A stretch of DNA of 62,596 nucleotides, counting the filler, from an uncultured bacterium (lineage in GTDB: Bacteria; Latescibacterota; UBA2968): the NCBI GenBank assembly GCA_964471275.1. It is 4 parts of 4 records of this genome, joined end to end, with 100 filler letters (N's around TTAATTAATTAA, not from the genome) between each part and the next. Parts side by side here need not be neighbours in the genome. Positions count along the whole stretch, not along the records: positions 1 to 15,920 come from CAYYGZ010000100.1; 3 more parts are not named here. One strand, written 5' to 3'. The notes beneath the pieces were generated by a model that saw only the letters and a list, made by a program, of their open reading frames with translations, did not search any database and had not been told where the DNA came from. The position numbers were made by a program, and so were the translations under genes. This document shows positions 1 through 8,808 of the stretch, one piece after another (positions within the stretch are counted from its first letter, which is position 1; each line of letters opens with the position of its first letter).

Positions 1-495
1 GCCGTTCAATCCGCGAACTCAACGATCAACGATCAACGATAACAATCGGCAATCGCTGAATGCCGAGTTCACGCAATTGATAAATGAAGTTGACAGAATC
101 GCACAGGTCACCAGCTACAACAATACCTCGCTTCTTACCGGCTGGAAGCTACGATCCGGAATATGCGCACATCTGGAAGTGTCCTGAACCTCGGATCTGC
201 CTCGGTTTCGACTGCAGGGGCATCGCAGGCTGTTATCGGCTCGATCGATCTGGCAATCCAACAGGTGGTTCGGACACGGGCCGACGTGGGTGCACTGCAG
301 AACCGACTCTCCGCAAACATCAATGCCAATGCTGTTATGGCGGAGAACGATCAGGCCAGCGATGCGACTATCCGAGATGCCGATGTTGCTCTCGAGGTGT
401 CCTCGCTGACGCGATCACAGATCTTCAACCAGGCAGGTCTGGCCATGTTTGCGCAGAGGAACCTGCAGGCGGCGAGTGCTCTGAACCTGCTCTAA
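1..495 (+). pseudogene. fliC: Flagellin, 5'-partial at the window edge, two frameshifts, central domain missing
   Basis: Frame 1 gives AVQSANSTIND, then TAA at 40-42. Frame 2 (35-142) gives NDNNRQSLNAEFTQLINEVDRIAQVTSYNNTSLLTG, the flagellin N-terminal helix. Frame 1 (142-495) gives the C-terminal domain ...RADVGALQNRL...IRDADVALEVSSLTRSQIFNQAGLAMFAQRN...LNLL*. Confidence 0.85.
20..40 (+). repeat. (CAACGAT)x3 heptamer inside flagellin
   Basis: caacgat-caacgat-caacgat read directly; two copies would keep the frame (STINDNNRQ). Confidence 0.9.
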
Positions 496-556
496 CAGAA
501 CCGCGAGGGTGGCCGCATCAGGGAGGATGGCCCGGTGCCCAGGACGTGGAACGATG

Positions 557-580
557 AAAACCCCAGGGATGGGGCTTTTT
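557..580 (+). terminator. Rho-independent terminator-like hairpin after flagellin
   Basis: AAAACCCC-AGGGAT-GGGGC followed by TTTTT. Confidence 0.6.
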
Positions 581-598
581 GCGTTTCCTGGAGTAGTC

Positions 599-628
599 TT
601 GACAGGCCGGGAGCGTCTGGAGTAATTT
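599..628 (+). promoter_or_regulatory. Putative sigma70 promoter
   Basis: TTGACA (599-604), 18 nt spacer, TAATTT (623-628), upstream of a GGAGG RBS and ATG at 665. Confidence 0.45.
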
Positions 629-664
629 ATGGTGTCACAGAGACGACGAATATCTGGAGGGGCT

Positions 665-886
665 ATGGAGTGGGTAGGCGTACAATTTGGCACGACGGTA
701 GAGGAACTGACTCGGGTTCTCACGGAAATGGCTCAGAAGATGGGCTGGGATCCGCGCCGGGTTCACTATGTGATCGACATTGACAAGACCACGGTGAAAG
801 AGACGGTCTACGCAGTTTCTGACCGGGCGGAGGGACTGCCACTCCACCCCAGCGGACCATCAGCTGTGCAGAGGCTGCAACCGTAA
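665..886 (+). CDS. Small hypothetical protein (73 aa)
   Basis: GGAGG RBS before ATG 665 and a promoter-like element upstream; no family recognised. Confidence 0.55.
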   Translation: MEWVGVQFGTTVEELTRVLTEMAQKMGWDPRRVHYVIDIDKTTVKETVYAVSDRAEGLPLHPSGPSAVQRLQP

Positions 887-958
887 GATTCTGCTAAACC
901 GATCGACAACTCGGTCGATAGTCCTAATGCAAGTGTGTGTGTCGGTGTTTCATTCCCC

Positions 959-993
959 AAGCGTCGCTTCTGATTCGTTCAGGAGCGACGCTT
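959..993. terminator. Hairpin between convergent genes (end of the fdh operon)
   Basis: AAGCGTCGCTTCTGA-ttcgt-TCAGGAGCGACGCTT, about 15 bp stem next to the fmdB-like stop. Confidence 0.65.
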
Positions 994-994
994 C

Positions 995-1210
995 TTAGTT
1001 GTATGGGCACGCTCCCTGGCCACAGGGATCGGGGCAGGATGTCCCGCAAGACACGGCCTGCGGCGAGGCGACCGATTGCACAGCAAAGGCTGAGAACTTC
1101 TTCTCGAGTCGCAGCGATCCGCAGTCCGGACAAGCCGCCTTCCTGGAGGCACTCACGAGAGCCTCGAACTCCTTGTCGCACGCCCTGCACGCATATTCAA
1201 AAATCGGCAT
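995..1210 (-). CDS. FmdB-family zinc ribbon protein
   Basis: MPIFEYACRAC...FE...CPDCGS..LEKKFSAF and a Cys-rich tail. Confidence 0.9.
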   Translation of the reverse strand: MPIFEYACRACDKEFEALVSASRKAACPDCGSLRLEKKFSAFAVQSVASPQAVSCGTSCPDPCGQGACPYN

Positions 1211-1230
1211 AGTCTCCCCCTATTCTCTTC

Positions 1231-3021
1231 CTAGATCGGTTCAGTCTTGCTTGCCAGCCATTCTGCTGTCTCATCATCCAGCAAGGGCGTCAGGTCTTCT
1301 CTAACGACCTTATGGAACCCGTTCAACCAGAGCCTTGCCTCAGTTCCAAGGAGGTCTCGATCAATCAACGATGTCTGTATGGGACATCGTGTGAGAGTCT
1401 CGAACTTCATGAACTTCTGCCTATCGCTGGAACGTTTCTCGTCCGGCACGACCGTTACAAGATTCTCCGTACGGATGCCAAACCCGCCTTCCTCATAGTA
1501 GCCGGGCTCGTTCGAGATTACGTGCCCTTCTACCAGCTTCACATCCGGTGCACGCGAGCTGATCGAGATCGGACCCTCGTGGACATTCAGGTAGTGCCCG
1601 ATTCCGTGACCCGTACCGTGAAGGTAGTTTCGACCCGCCTCCCAGAGCGGTCGGCGTGCCGCCAGGTCTATGTGCTGTCCCGATGTCCCTTCCGGGAAGG
1701 ACAGAGAAGAGAGCTCGATATGCCCACGGAGGACCCGCGTGAACATCTCGATCTGCTCATCCGTCGCCTCACCGAAACAGACCGTTCGCGTAATGTCCGT
1801 TGTGCCGAAAGAGTACTGACCGCCACTGTCGACAAGATACAAGTTGTCCTGGCCGATCTCGATATCCGAATCTTCAGTAACCGAGTAGTGAACGATCGCC
1901 CCGTGTGCGCCGTATCCGGATATCGTCGGGAAGCTTGCACCGACAAAGCCCTCCCCTTCCGAACGAAATTCAAGGAGCCTTCTTGCGGCGGATAGCTCCG
2001 TAACAGGTTCATTGCCGACGGTCTCCTTCAGCCACTTCAGGAACCGTGTCATCGCCACACCGTCGATCGTGTGAGCGCGCCGAAAACCGGTAAGTTCTAT
2101 CGCGTTCTTGATCGCCTTAAACTCAGTCACCGGCGATCGCTCAATCTGCTTTCCCCGGTCCCCGACGAGATCTGAGATCCAGCGGTTTGTCGTCCCTTCG
2201 TCCAGCCATACGGTTTCGCCGGATTGTCCCGGGTCCTGCAAGAACGACTCGATCGAAGCGTATTCCCTGATCTGGACGATACCCGCCAGATCCCGTTTCG
2301 CCTCGGTTGTCAGCTTGCCCTCATCGACAAAGAGAACCGCTTCTGACGCCGTAACGGCCGCATAGGCGATAAAAACCGGGTTGTAGTCGACATCCTCCCC
2401 TCGCAGGTTGAGCAGCCAGGCAATACCGTCCATCGCCGTGATGATGTGGCTCGAGACACGTGCCCAAGACATGCGTTCTCGGAGCCGTTCCAGCTTTGCC
2501 TCTGCGGGTTCACCCGAATGAACCTCATCAAGTATTCGAATAGGCGCATCCGAGGGCGAAGGTCGATCGTTCCAGATAAGGTCGACCATGTTGTCTGGTA
2601 CGTAGGTGAGAGTGATCTCGCCCTCCGCGAGCTCCTTGGCCAGACTGTCCGATTGCCTGATCCCGATGACGCGAGGATCAACACCGACCGCATCGCCAGC
2701 ATCGAGGATCTTGACGAGCCACTCTTCCATCTTGGGAACACCGGGCAGGCCACTCTTGAACAGCGTGATGCCGCTTCCTGAAAGCTGGTCCTCAGCCTGA
2801 AGATAGTACCGGCTGTCCGCCCAGAGACCTGCTTCGTCAATAGTGACAACCACATCACCGGCGGAGCCTGTGAATCCGGAAATCCACGGCCTCCTCTGCC
2901 AGCATTCGGGCACATACTCGCTCTGGTGAGCGTCGGTGCTTGGGATCAGGTATGCAGCGATGCCCGCTTTCTTCATCTGCTCGCGCAGCAGAGAAAGTCG
3001 CTCCGGAATTGTGGTAACCAT
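1231..3021 (-). CDS. Xaa-Pro aminopeptidase (aminopeptidase P, M24B)
   Basis: DAHQSEY, SGFTGSAG, DSGGQY..GTTDITRT, HGTGHGIG..LNVHEGP, SNEPGYY..GFGIRTEN. Confidence 0.95.
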   Translation of the reverse strand: MVTTIPERLSLLREQMKKAGIAAYLIPSTDAHQSEYVPECWQRRPWISGFTGSAGDVVVTIDEAGLWADSRYYLQAEDQLSGSGITLFKSGLPGVPKMEEWLVKILDAGDAVGVDPRVIGIRQSDSLAKELAEGEITLTYVPDNMVDLIWNDRPSPSDAPIRILDEVHSGEPAEAKLERLRERMSWARVSSHIITAMDGIAWLLNLRGEDVDYNPVFIAYAAVTASEAVLFVDEGKLTTEAKRDLAGIVQIREYASIESFLQDPGQSGETVWLDEGTTNRWISDLVGDRGKQIERSPVTEFKAIKNAIELTGFRRAHTIDGVAMTRFLKWLKETVGNEPVTELSAARRLLEFRSEGEGFVGASFPTISGYGAHGAIVHYSVTEDSDIEIGQDNLYLVDSGGQYSFGTTDITRTVCFGEATDEQIEMFTRVLRGHIELSSLSFPEGTSGQHIDLAARRPLWEAGRNYLHGTGHGIGHYLNVHEGPISISSRAPDVKLVEGHVISNEPGYYEEGGFGIRTENLVTVVPDEKRSSDRQKFMKFETLTRCPIQTSLIDRDLLGTEARLWLNGFHKVVREDLTPLLDDETAEWLASKTEPI

Positions 3022-3842
3022 CAGCTTATTCGCTCTGCGTGTGTGTACAGGTTCATGGTTTCCCCCCTGACGAATCCGACCAGCGTCATACCCAGCCTGT
3101 CGGCCAGCGATACAGCCAGAGTGCTCGCAGCGGATGCGCTAGCCAGGAACGGTATGCGAGCCATTGCAGCTTTCTGTACCATCTCGAAACTCGCCCTTCC
3201 TCCAACAGCCAGCAGACAAGCCTTTGCAGGAGCTTCACCGGAGTACATCAGGGCACCGACGGCTTTGTCGACCGCGTTGTGCCGGCCAAGATCTTCGCAA
3301 CAGGCCAGAAGTTCTCCCACGGCATTGTAGACACCCGCCGCATGGACGCCACCCGTGCGTGCGAACGTAGGTTGTTGATCGCGCAAGGCCCTGATGCTAT
3401 TCCGTATGATTTCAGCCGATACATGCCCGACCTCGCCAAAAAGTTGGCACTTCTCGACCAGGTCGTTAATACTTCGTCTTCCGCAGACACCGCACGCTGC
3501 CGTCGTTAACGTTCCCCGCTTGGAAGTGGCAGTCGCACCGAGATCCAGTGTGTGGCCAGCCGCGGGAATCACGTCGATCGTGTTGCGGTATTCCTCGGTA
3601 CCTGGCCTGCCGCAATGATAGATCCGTGATACTTCGCCTAGGTCACCGATGATGCCTTCGGAAAGGAGGAATCCTGCGGCCAACCATTCATCCTGGCCGG
3701 GAGATCGCATCGTGACCGCAAGGGGCTCCCCTGCCACGCGAATCTCGAGGGGCTCTTCCACCGCGAGCTCGTCACGCTCTTCGCTCCTGCGTGCAGCATC
3801 GAGTTTCCAGATCGTACGTGAGTCAGTGGGCGCGGTTTGCAC
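3021..3842 (-). CDS. fdhD: Formate dehydrogenase accessory sulfurtransferase FdhD
   Basis: LAVEEPLEI, TMRSPG.D..LAAGFL.SEG, ACGVCG, TGGVHAA, EDLGRHNAVDK. Confidence 0.95.
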   Translation of the reverse strand: MQTAPTDSRTIWKLDAARRSEERDELAVEEPLEIRVAGEPLAVTMRSPGQDEWLAAGFLLSEGIIGDLGEVSRIYHCGRPGTEEYRNTIDVIPAAGHTLDLGATATSKRGTLTTAACGVCGRRSINDLVEKCQLFGEVGHVSAEIIRNSIRALRDQQPTFARTGGVHAAGVYNAVGELLACCEDLGRHNAVDKAVGALMYSGEAPAKACLLAVGGRASFEMVQKAAMARIPFLASASAASTLAVSLADRLGMTLVGFVRGETMNLYTHAERIS

Positions 3843-3848
3843 GTCAGG

Positions 3849-6566
3849 TCACAGTGCTGTTTCGACATCGATGGGCACAAGCTTGACAGGGCACACTTTG
3901 AGCTCTGCCGTGTCCGTCACGGGGTCGTAGCCGGAACCGGTCAGAGCGTTGACCGGCACCTCGTTGAAGCTGAAACTGGCGAACACCGTACCGCGCGGAG
4001 AACGATCGGTCGCCTTTACTCGAACTTCCACGGCCCCACGTGGGCTGGACATCCGGCACCAACCCCCGTCCTCGAGCCCCAGGGCGTAGACGTCATCAGG
4101 ATGAACTTCAAGCAACTCTTCGGGAAGGAGATACTCGATTCCCTCAGAACGTCCAGTCTGTGTCCGCGTGTGATAGGATGTGAGTCTTCGGCCGGTTGTG
4201 AGCCAGACCGGATACTCGGTCGTCGTCGTTTCTGCAGGGTCTCTGTAGTTGATCTCCCTGAACAGACCGCGCCCGCGCACGAACGCTCCCTCGTGCAGGA
4301 TGGGTGTGCCAGGATGATCCGCATTGGGTACGGGCCATTGGTATTCGCCACGGTCGATCCGGTCCCAATCGAGACCCTTGTAGATGGGTGAGACATCACA
4401 GAGCTCGTTGAAAATCTCGTCAGGCCCAGAGTATGCGAAGCCGCCAAAACCGAGCCGGCACGCGATCTGGGAGATGATCCACCAATCCGGCTGTGCCTCG
4501 CCGGGAGAGGGCACGGCTGCTCGGACACGTTGTACGCGTCTCTCCGTATTTGTGAATGAGCCGTCGGTTTCTGCCCAGGCAGATGCCGGCAGAACCACGT
4601 CGGCAAGCGCGGCCGTTTCCGTGAAGAAGATGTCGATTACAACGAGGTGTTCCAAGCTTCGCAAGGCTTGTTCAGAGTGCGCTCTGTTCGCATCGGAGAC
4701 GACGGTGTTTTCACCATCGATCAGCATAGCACGAATCGAATCGCCACACGCTTCGAGTGCTCGGACCTTTGTGATGCCCTTCTCCAGGTCTACTTCCCTG
4801 CCGTACAGGTCCCGGAACCTCTTCTGATTTGCCGGGTCCTCGACCGCCTGGAACCCCGGGTAGCTGGAAGGTATTGCGCCGCTGTCTCCCGCTCCCTGGA
4901 TGTTGTTCTGCCCGCGCATCGGGTTCACGCCCGTTCCCTCTCGACCAATGTTACCGGTCATCAGCGCGAGATTGCTGAGACTCTGCACGTTGTCGACGCC
5001 GCAGATATGTTCGGTGATCCCGAGAGTGTAGAAGATGGAACCTCGAGCTGCGCTTCCATATAGACGTGCGGCTTTCTCGATGTCGGCAGCAGGTACGCCC
5101 GTGAGTTGCTCGGCCCATCCGGGCGTGAACTGCGTGATGTGCTCGAGAAACGCATCCGCATTCTCCGTTCGCTCGAAAATGAAGGACCGATCGATCAGCC
5201 CTTCGCGTGCGATCACGTGTGCGATCCCGAGCAAAAGAGCCGAATCCGATCCCACCCTGAGGGGCAAGTAGACATCGGCCAGTTCTGCCAGTTGAATCCG
5301 ACGTGGGTCCGCAACGATCAGTTTTGCGCCCTTGCGCAATGCACGTTTGATGCCGATCGCGGCAACCGGGTGACACTCGGTCATGTTGGTCCCAATGCAG
5401 AAGATCACATCGGGTTTTTCTATATACTCAAGGGGGTTCGACATCGCTCCTCTTCCGATCGTGGCTGCCAGACCGGCAACCGTGGGAGCGTGTCAGGCAC
5501 GGCTGCAATTGTCGATGTAATTGGTGCCGAAACCGGCCCGCATGAATTTCTGGACGACGTAGTTCGCCTCGCTGGGAGTCCGACCGGACGCGGTTGCGTA
5601 TACCGCGTGTCGCCCGTGTCCGTCAACAACCGATCGGAATCCTTCTGCGGCTCGATCAAGTGCGGTGTCCCAGTCTGTTTCGTGGAGCTCGCCATCCGCA
5701 CCGCGGACCATCGGATGCTTGAGACGATCCCGATGATGCACGAAGTCGTAAGCAAACTGACCTTTGATGCAGAGCGCGCCCCGATTGGCCGGCCCATCCA
5801 TCGCAGGTTGAATACCGACGAGCCGATCACCCTTTACCTGCAGGTCGACGGCACAGCCAACCCCACAGTAAGGGCAAACGGTGCGCGTCTTCTCGATCGG
5901 ATCCGGCAGATCGGCTGCTCGCATCGCCTTCCTGTCGGCCAGTGCGCCCGTCGGACATGTTTGCACGCACTGACCACAGAACGTGCAAGCGGAGTCCTTT
6001 AACTGCCCATCGAACTCAGTCGTGATCTGGGTATCGAAGCCGCGTCCTTTTGTTGTGATCGCATAATCGCCTTCACGTTCTGCACAGACACGGACACACC
6101 TGCTGCAAGAAATACACAGGTCGTAGTCACGCAGGATAAACGGGTTGTCGTCTTCAGTGAAGGTGCAACCTGACCGAGCGCCCTGGAATCGGTCCGTCTC
6201 GGCTTCGTGTTCGGAAACCAACGTCGAAAACTCCTGTGACGCGTAGCCGCGAAGCGGATTCACCTCGAGTTCTCTGTTTTCAGAAACGACCATTTCGAGC
6301 AGCGTCTTCCGATGGCGAAGGAGATCGGGGGAGTTCGTTTTCACGATCATCCCCGGTTCAGCGTTCGTAGTACACGAAGCAACTGGATTACGGGCACCCT
6401 CGAGTTCGACGATGCACAGTCGGCAGCTCCCGAAGGGTTCCAGACGCGGGTCGTAGCAGAGCGAGGGCACGCGCTTCCCGATTCGCGAGGCGACTTCATA
6501 AATCGTTTCACCTACTGTGAACGTGACGTCCACGCCATCGATGCGTACCGATCCCGTTTGGCCCAT
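3849..6566 (-). CDS. fdhF: Formate dehydrogenase alpha subunit, selenocysteine-containing (about 905 aa; Sec TGA at 5493-5495)
   Basis: Track ORFs 5493..6674 and 3849..5444 are one frame across TGA: YIDNCSRA-U-HAPTVAGLAATIGRGAMSNP. N-terminal 2Fe-2S/4Fe-4S motifs, CPYCGVGC, RGQNNIQGAGD and a C-terminal molybdopterin-binding domain. ATG 6566 follows a GAGGA RBS. Confidence 0.95.
5463..5495 (-). promoter_or_regulatory. Bacterial SECIS element after the Sec codon
   Basis: mRNA UGA-CACGCUCCCAC-GGUUGCC-GGUCU-GGCAGCC: stem starts 11 nt after UGA with a GU-containing loop, the same layout as the E. coli fdhF SECIS. Confidence 0.88.
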
Positions 6567-6568
6567 CT

Positions 6569-8242
6569 CTAATCCTCTTTCGCTCGGTTGCCAGTCACGT
6601 GTCGCTCCACTGCCTTCGGGAAGTAGCGGCTCAGGCTCTCGACTGTCAGGGGTGCTGCTTGACCTAACCCACACGCACTTGTGGCACGCATTGTGAAGGC
6701 CATATCTTCTACCTCTTTCCGCCAGTCGGAGATCTCAACAGGACCGTGTTTGCCTGACAGCCGCTCGTATATCCGTCTGGTACCAATCCGACAGGGGAAA
6801 CACTTTCCGCACGACTCCTCGGAAAAGAAATGCGTGATGCCGCTTGCGACGTCAACGATGTCGCGCGTGTCGTCGAATACCATGATTCCCGCGGCACCGA
6901 GAAGCGCTCCCTTCTCCCTGACACTGCGTTCATCGAGGGCAACATCGAGATCCGGCCCTGCGAGAAATCCACCGGATACTCCGGCCATCGTTACCGCCTG
7001 GATCTTCCGGTTCTCGAGTGCGCCCCCAGCCCATCCTTCCAGGAGCGTCCGGAGTGGAAGCCCGACGGGAATCTCGTAGTTGCCCGGCTGCGTGATGTCG
7101 CCAGAAACGCTGATCACCTTCGTCCCAGCGTTTTTGCCTATTCCCAGCGAAACGTGCCACGCGGCACCTCGCTTGAGAATCTGCGGTACAGCGGCAAGCG
7201 TCTCTACGTTGTTGACCGCTGTTGGGAGATCCTCAAACCCATTTGTTACGGGATAAGGTGGCCGATTGCGTGGATACGGATGTTTCCCTTCAAGACTGTT
7301 GAGGAGGCTTGTCTCCTCGCCACAGATGTATGCGCCCCCCCCTCTCCGGAGATGGATCTGAAAGGTGTGTGGAGACCCCATCACAGTTTCTCCAAGGACA
7401 CCTGCTGCTTCGGCCTCCTTAATCGCCACGGTCAGGATGTCACGTGCGTGGGGATACTCGTATCGAAGGTAGACAAACCCGCGTTTTGCGCCTGTTGCGA
7501 TTCCTGCAATGACCATTCCTTCTATCAGCGCGTGGGGATCGTGATCCAGGATAACTCTGTCCTGGTAGCACCCGGGCTCACCTTCGTCTGCGTTACAGAC
7601 AACGGTTTTCGGATCGCCCGTCGCATTCCGGACAGCCTGCCATTTTCGGCTGGTGGGAAACCCCGCCCCCCCCTTGCCGACCAGACGTGCCTCTGACAGC
7701 TCCTTTAAGATCGCACGTGGTCCCATTTCGATCGCCTGCGCCAGGCCTCGATAGCCCCCTGTGTTCCTGTATCCATCAAGAGTCGCTCTTCCGCGAGACC
7801 GGATGTCAGCGAAAACACATTCCTCTGCCCCGACTGGATTCTCAGATGGCAGATTCGAGATTAACACGTGAGTGGAATCTTCGCGATGTATCTCGACAAG
7901 ATCGCCACGTAGAACCGGTATGGGATCATCACACCGACCGGGACACGCGGTCGGAATAGCTCCTTCTGGTGCCAGCGACTCGAGCAGACGTTCTGAGCCT
8001 CGCTGGCGACATACGGGTCCGACGCACACCCTCGGTGTTTTGCGATTTACCTGCCCACGCGACAGGTGATGATAAAAGGTGATCGTGCCGTAGAGATCGG
8101 CTACCGGAATCTTCAGGGCAGATGAGATCGCCAGAATCGACTCCTCGGTGAGCAGACCGTCCCGGTCATGGAACGCGTGGAGAATACCTAGGAGGGGGGC
8201 CGGCTGATCGGTCCAGTGGTTCAGAATCTCGGAATCGGTCAA
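6569..8242 (-). CDS. NAD-dependent FDH diaphorase subunit (NuoE-NuoF fusion)
   Basis: NuoE part (TFYHH, CVGPVC..CPGRC); NuoF part (GKGGAGFPT..KW, CNADEGEPG, GAYICGEETSL.NSLEG, ESCGKCFPCRIG, CGLG). Confidence 0.92.
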   Translation of the reverse strand: MTDSEILNHWTDQPAPLLGILHAFHDRDGLLTEESILAISSALKIPVADLYGTITFYHHLSRGQVNRKTPRVCVGPVCRQRGSERLLESLAPEGAIPTACPGRCDDPIPVLRGDLVEIHREDSTHVLISNLPSENPVGAEECVFADIRSRGRATLDGYRNTGGYRGLAQAIEMGPRAILKELSEARLVGKGGAGFPTSRKWQAVRNATGDPKTVVCNADEGEPGCYQDRVILDHDPHALIEGMVIAGIATGAKRGFVYLRYEYPHARDILTVAIKEAEAAGVLGETVMGSPHTFQIHLRRGGGAYICGEETSLLNSLEGKHPYPRNRPPYPVTNGFEDLPTAVNNVETLAAVPQILKRGAAWHVSLGIGKNAGTKVISVSGDITQPGNYEIPVGLPLRTLLEGWAGGALENRKIQAVTMAGVSGGFLAGPDLDVALDERSVREKGALLGAAGIMVFDDTRDIVDVASGITHFFSEESCGKCFPCRIGTRRIYERLSGKHGPVEISDWRKEVEDMAFTMRATSACGLGQAAPLTVESLSRYFPKAVERHVTGNRAKED

Positions 8243-8281
8243 ATTGTGGACTCGAATGGAGTTGGTTAGTCCCTGAGAAGC

Positions 8282-8316
8282 AAAAATGCCACCCCTCGGG
8301 CTAACCGAGAGGTGGC
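8282..8316 (-). terminator. Rho-independent terminator after the STAS gene
   Basis: GCCACC(C)CTCGG-gctaa-CCGAG(A)GGTGGC stem with a T-tract on the minus strand. Confidence 0.65.
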
Positions 8317-8341
8317 TTGCAGACTCAGGCCTCGATCATCG

Positions 8342-8734
8342 TTATTCGGGTTGCTTCGGCTCTGGAGGCTGTGTCTTGAAGCTGGCGACTGCCCGGTCAA
8401 TATTGTCTATCGTACGAAATATCGATGCCAGCTGGGTCACCATCAGGATACTCTCTATCTTCTTGGTGATACCGGTCAGCCTGAGGTCGCCGCCCTCATT
8501 CCTGAGGGTGGTCAGACTTGCTGTCATTACGCCCAGCATCGAGCTGCCAAACCACTTCACTTTCGCGAAGTCAGAGACAACGTTGACGATACCGTCTTTC
8601 ACCAGCCGTTTTATATGCTCGTGGAACTCGGAAACCTCCGGGCCACTCATCAGTGCTCCTGAGACGCTCAAGATTGCAACATTTCCGCGGACTTCTTCTT
8701 CGATTTTCAAGCCTGCCTCCGTTTGGGTTGCCAT
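8342..8734 (-). CDS. STAS-domain anti-sigma factor antagonist
   Basis: DFAKVKWFGSSMLGV..L...GGDLRL, an RsbV/SpoIIAA pattern. Confidence 0.9.
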   Translation of the reverse strand: MATQTEAGLKIEEEVRGNVAILSVSGALMSGPEVSEFHEHIKRLVKDGIVNVVSDFAKVKWFGSSMLGVMTASLTTLRNEGGDLRLTGITKKIESILMVTQLASIFRTIDNIDRAVASFKTQPPEPKQPE

Positions 8735-8808
8735 TCTCCCGTCTCTTCCGATGAACCAGCAAGCAGATCCTAGATAATTACTAATATATTATGCACCAAC
8801 ACCTTATG

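Noticed and set aside
3849..6674. FDH as a nonsense pseudogene or two separate subunits
   Set aside because: The TGA is at the catalytic ligand position and is followed by a SECIS, so Sec read-through explains it better.
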